From: Camelus ferus
Taxonomy: Eukaryota
Reading direction: 5' to 3'
Assembly: GCF_009834535.1 (NCBI RefSeq)
Contig: NC_045696.1
Span: 76,076,001-76,140,000, forward strand
Length of the DNA: 64,000 nt
How positions within the stretch are numbered: the stretch's first letter is position 1; every line of letters begins with the position of its first letter. This document shows, one piece after another, positions 62,447 through 64,000 of the stretch. The notes below the pieces were generated by a model that had not been told where the DNA came from, searched no databases, and worked only from the letters and a program-made list of their open reading frames with translations. The position numbers and the translations under genes were made by a program.

Positions 62447-63611
62447 ATAGATATAAGAGCAAAAATGAACAAATGGGACCTAATAAAACTTGTAAGTTTT
62501 GCACATAAAGGAAACTATAAGCAAAACAAAATGACAATCTACAGAATGGGAGAAAATATTTGAAAATGATGCAACTGATTAAGGCTTAATTTCTAGAATA
62601 TATAAACAGCTCATACAACTTAATAACAAAAAAATAAACAGCCCAATCCAAAAATGGGCACAGGACCTAAACAAGCAATTCTCCAATGAAGACATACAAA
62701 TGGCCAACAGGCACATGAAAAAATACTCAATACCACTAATTATCAGAGAAGAGAAATGAAAATCAAAACTACAATGAGGTATCACCTCACACCAGTCAGA
62801 ATGGCCATCATTCAAAAGTGCATGAACGATAAATGCTGGAGAGAGTATAAAGAAAAGGGAACCCTCCTACACTGCTGGTGGGAATGCAGTTTGGTGCAGC
62901 CATTATGGAAAACAGTATGGAGATTCCTCAAAAGACTGAAAATAGATTCACCATATGATCCAGCAATCCCACTCCTGGGCATATATCCAGAGGGAACGTT
63001 AATTCAAAAAGACACATGCACCTCAATGTTCATAGCAGCACTATATACAATAGCCAAGACATGGAAACAACCTAAATGTCCATCGACAGATAACTGAATA
63101 AAGAAGTTGTGGTATATTTATACAATGGAATACTACTCAGACATAAAAAAGAACAAAATAGTGCCATTTGCAGCAACATGGATGGACGTAGAGATCATCA
63201 TTCTAAGTGAAGTAAGCCAGAAAGGGAAAGAAAAATACCATATGATATCACTCATATGTGGAATCTAAAAAAGAAAAAAAAAAAGGACACTATGAACTCA
63301 TCTACAACAACAAAAAAAAAAAACAAACTCGCAGACTTAGTAAACAATCTATAGTTACTAGGGATAGAGGGTGGGAAGGGATAAATTTGGGAGTTTGAGA
63401 TTTACAAATGTTAGCCACTAGATATAAAAATAGATTTTTAAAAAAGTTTCTTCTGTATAGCACAGAGAATTATGTTCAATATGTCGTAATAACCTTTAAT
63501 AAAAAAGAATATGAAAATAAATGTATGTATGTATATGCATGAATGGGACACTGTGCTGTACAACAGAAATTGACACATTGTAACTGACTATACTTCAGTA
63601 ACATAAGTTAA
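62447..63611 (+). mobile_element. Relatively young 5'-truncated LINE-1 (ORF2 end plus 3' UTR), camelid-like
   Basis: aaatgggacctaataaaact..agaatgggagaaaatatttg..acaatgaggtatcacctcacaccagtcagaatggc. The 3' UTR ends tgtgctgtacaacagaaattgacacattgtaactgactatacttca. Possible short TSD aaaatg (62441-62446 / 63612-63617). Confidence 0.95.
62450..63268 (+). pseudogene. Disabled L1 ORF2p C-terminus including the CCHC region
   Basis: [49 protein letters not shown]. Disablements: a gagaa duplication at 62746-62755 and a TGG>TGA stop at 63095-63097. The frame continues IKKLWYIYTMEYYS..ISLICGI to TAA at 63266-63268. Confidence 0.9.
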
Positions 63612-63969
63612 AAAATGTTTTTGATTTTTTTAAATGGATTTTTTTTCTTTTTAAATCAGGAAAAGTATAGTAAGTATATAAGCATTTCAAATAAAGAGAA
63701 GTCAGAATTCAACATAGTACAAAATAATTTCAGATGCGCTTTACTTTGTATCACAGATAGACTCAACATTTTTGTATGAATTATATTTACGTGATAAAGT
63801 ATGTTAAATAAACCAAAGCGTGGTTATCATTAAAAAAAAAAAAAAAAACTCCAGTAAGTTCTTTATTAAAAACAACTAACTGCTTCCTCATTTATCTATG
63901 TTGTAAATTTTCCATTAACAAATAATTACTGAGCACCAACTATGTTCCAGACACCAAGTCTATAGTATT

Positions 63970-64000
63970 GTAGTCCCCCCTTATCTGCAGAGGATACAGT
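63970..64000. mobile_element. Possible start of a Tigger-type (MER44/Tigger7-like) element, cut by window end
   Basis: gtagtccccccttatctgcagaggatac resembles the MER44 terminus as recalled; only about 30 bp are visible. Confidence 0.4.

Noticed and set aside
63612..63850. L1 3' transduction (AATAAA near 63807 followed by A17 at 63832-63848)
   Set aside because: The sequence after the A-run (ctccagtaag) does not match the 5' flank of the L1, while a short aaaatg duplication fits directly at the L1 end.
1..64000. The short ORFs in the six-frame track as genes
   Set aside because: Many begin at TTG/GTG or overlap MIR, L2, L1, LTR or microsatellite sequence, and I recognise no domains. Only L1 ORF2 remnants have clear homology.

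Overview
This is AT-rich eutherian mammal DNA that is either intronic or intergenic. It is a mosaic of old interspersed repeats (MIR, L2, L1M, MaLR/MLT1 LTRs, hAT and Tigger DNA transposons), microsatellites and repeat-free stretches that look like conserved non-coding or enhancer DNA. I recognise no host protein-coding exon, tRNA, rRNA or CRISPR. The only ORF-track peptides with clear homology are LINE-1 ORF2 remnants (62756-63097 and 54111-54296). I saw no Alu, B1/B2, Bov-tA/A2, PRE-1, Can-SINE or ERE SINE. The youngest L1 3' end resembles camelid L1 as I recall it, so a camelid source is an inference only. Repeat family names come from remembered consensus sequences, not an alignment, and repeat boundaries are approximate unless a TSD is quoted. 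I found no support for a novel biological system. The best-supported curiosities are: a 43-bp L1 tail insertion with a perfect 15-bp TSD; an L2 > hAT > MLT1A nested insertion; a MER53 hairpin carrying a miR-1302-like sequence; an unexplained 18-bp inverted repeat in unique DNA; a 258-codon open frame with a CWIC motif; and several orphan splice-competent segments.
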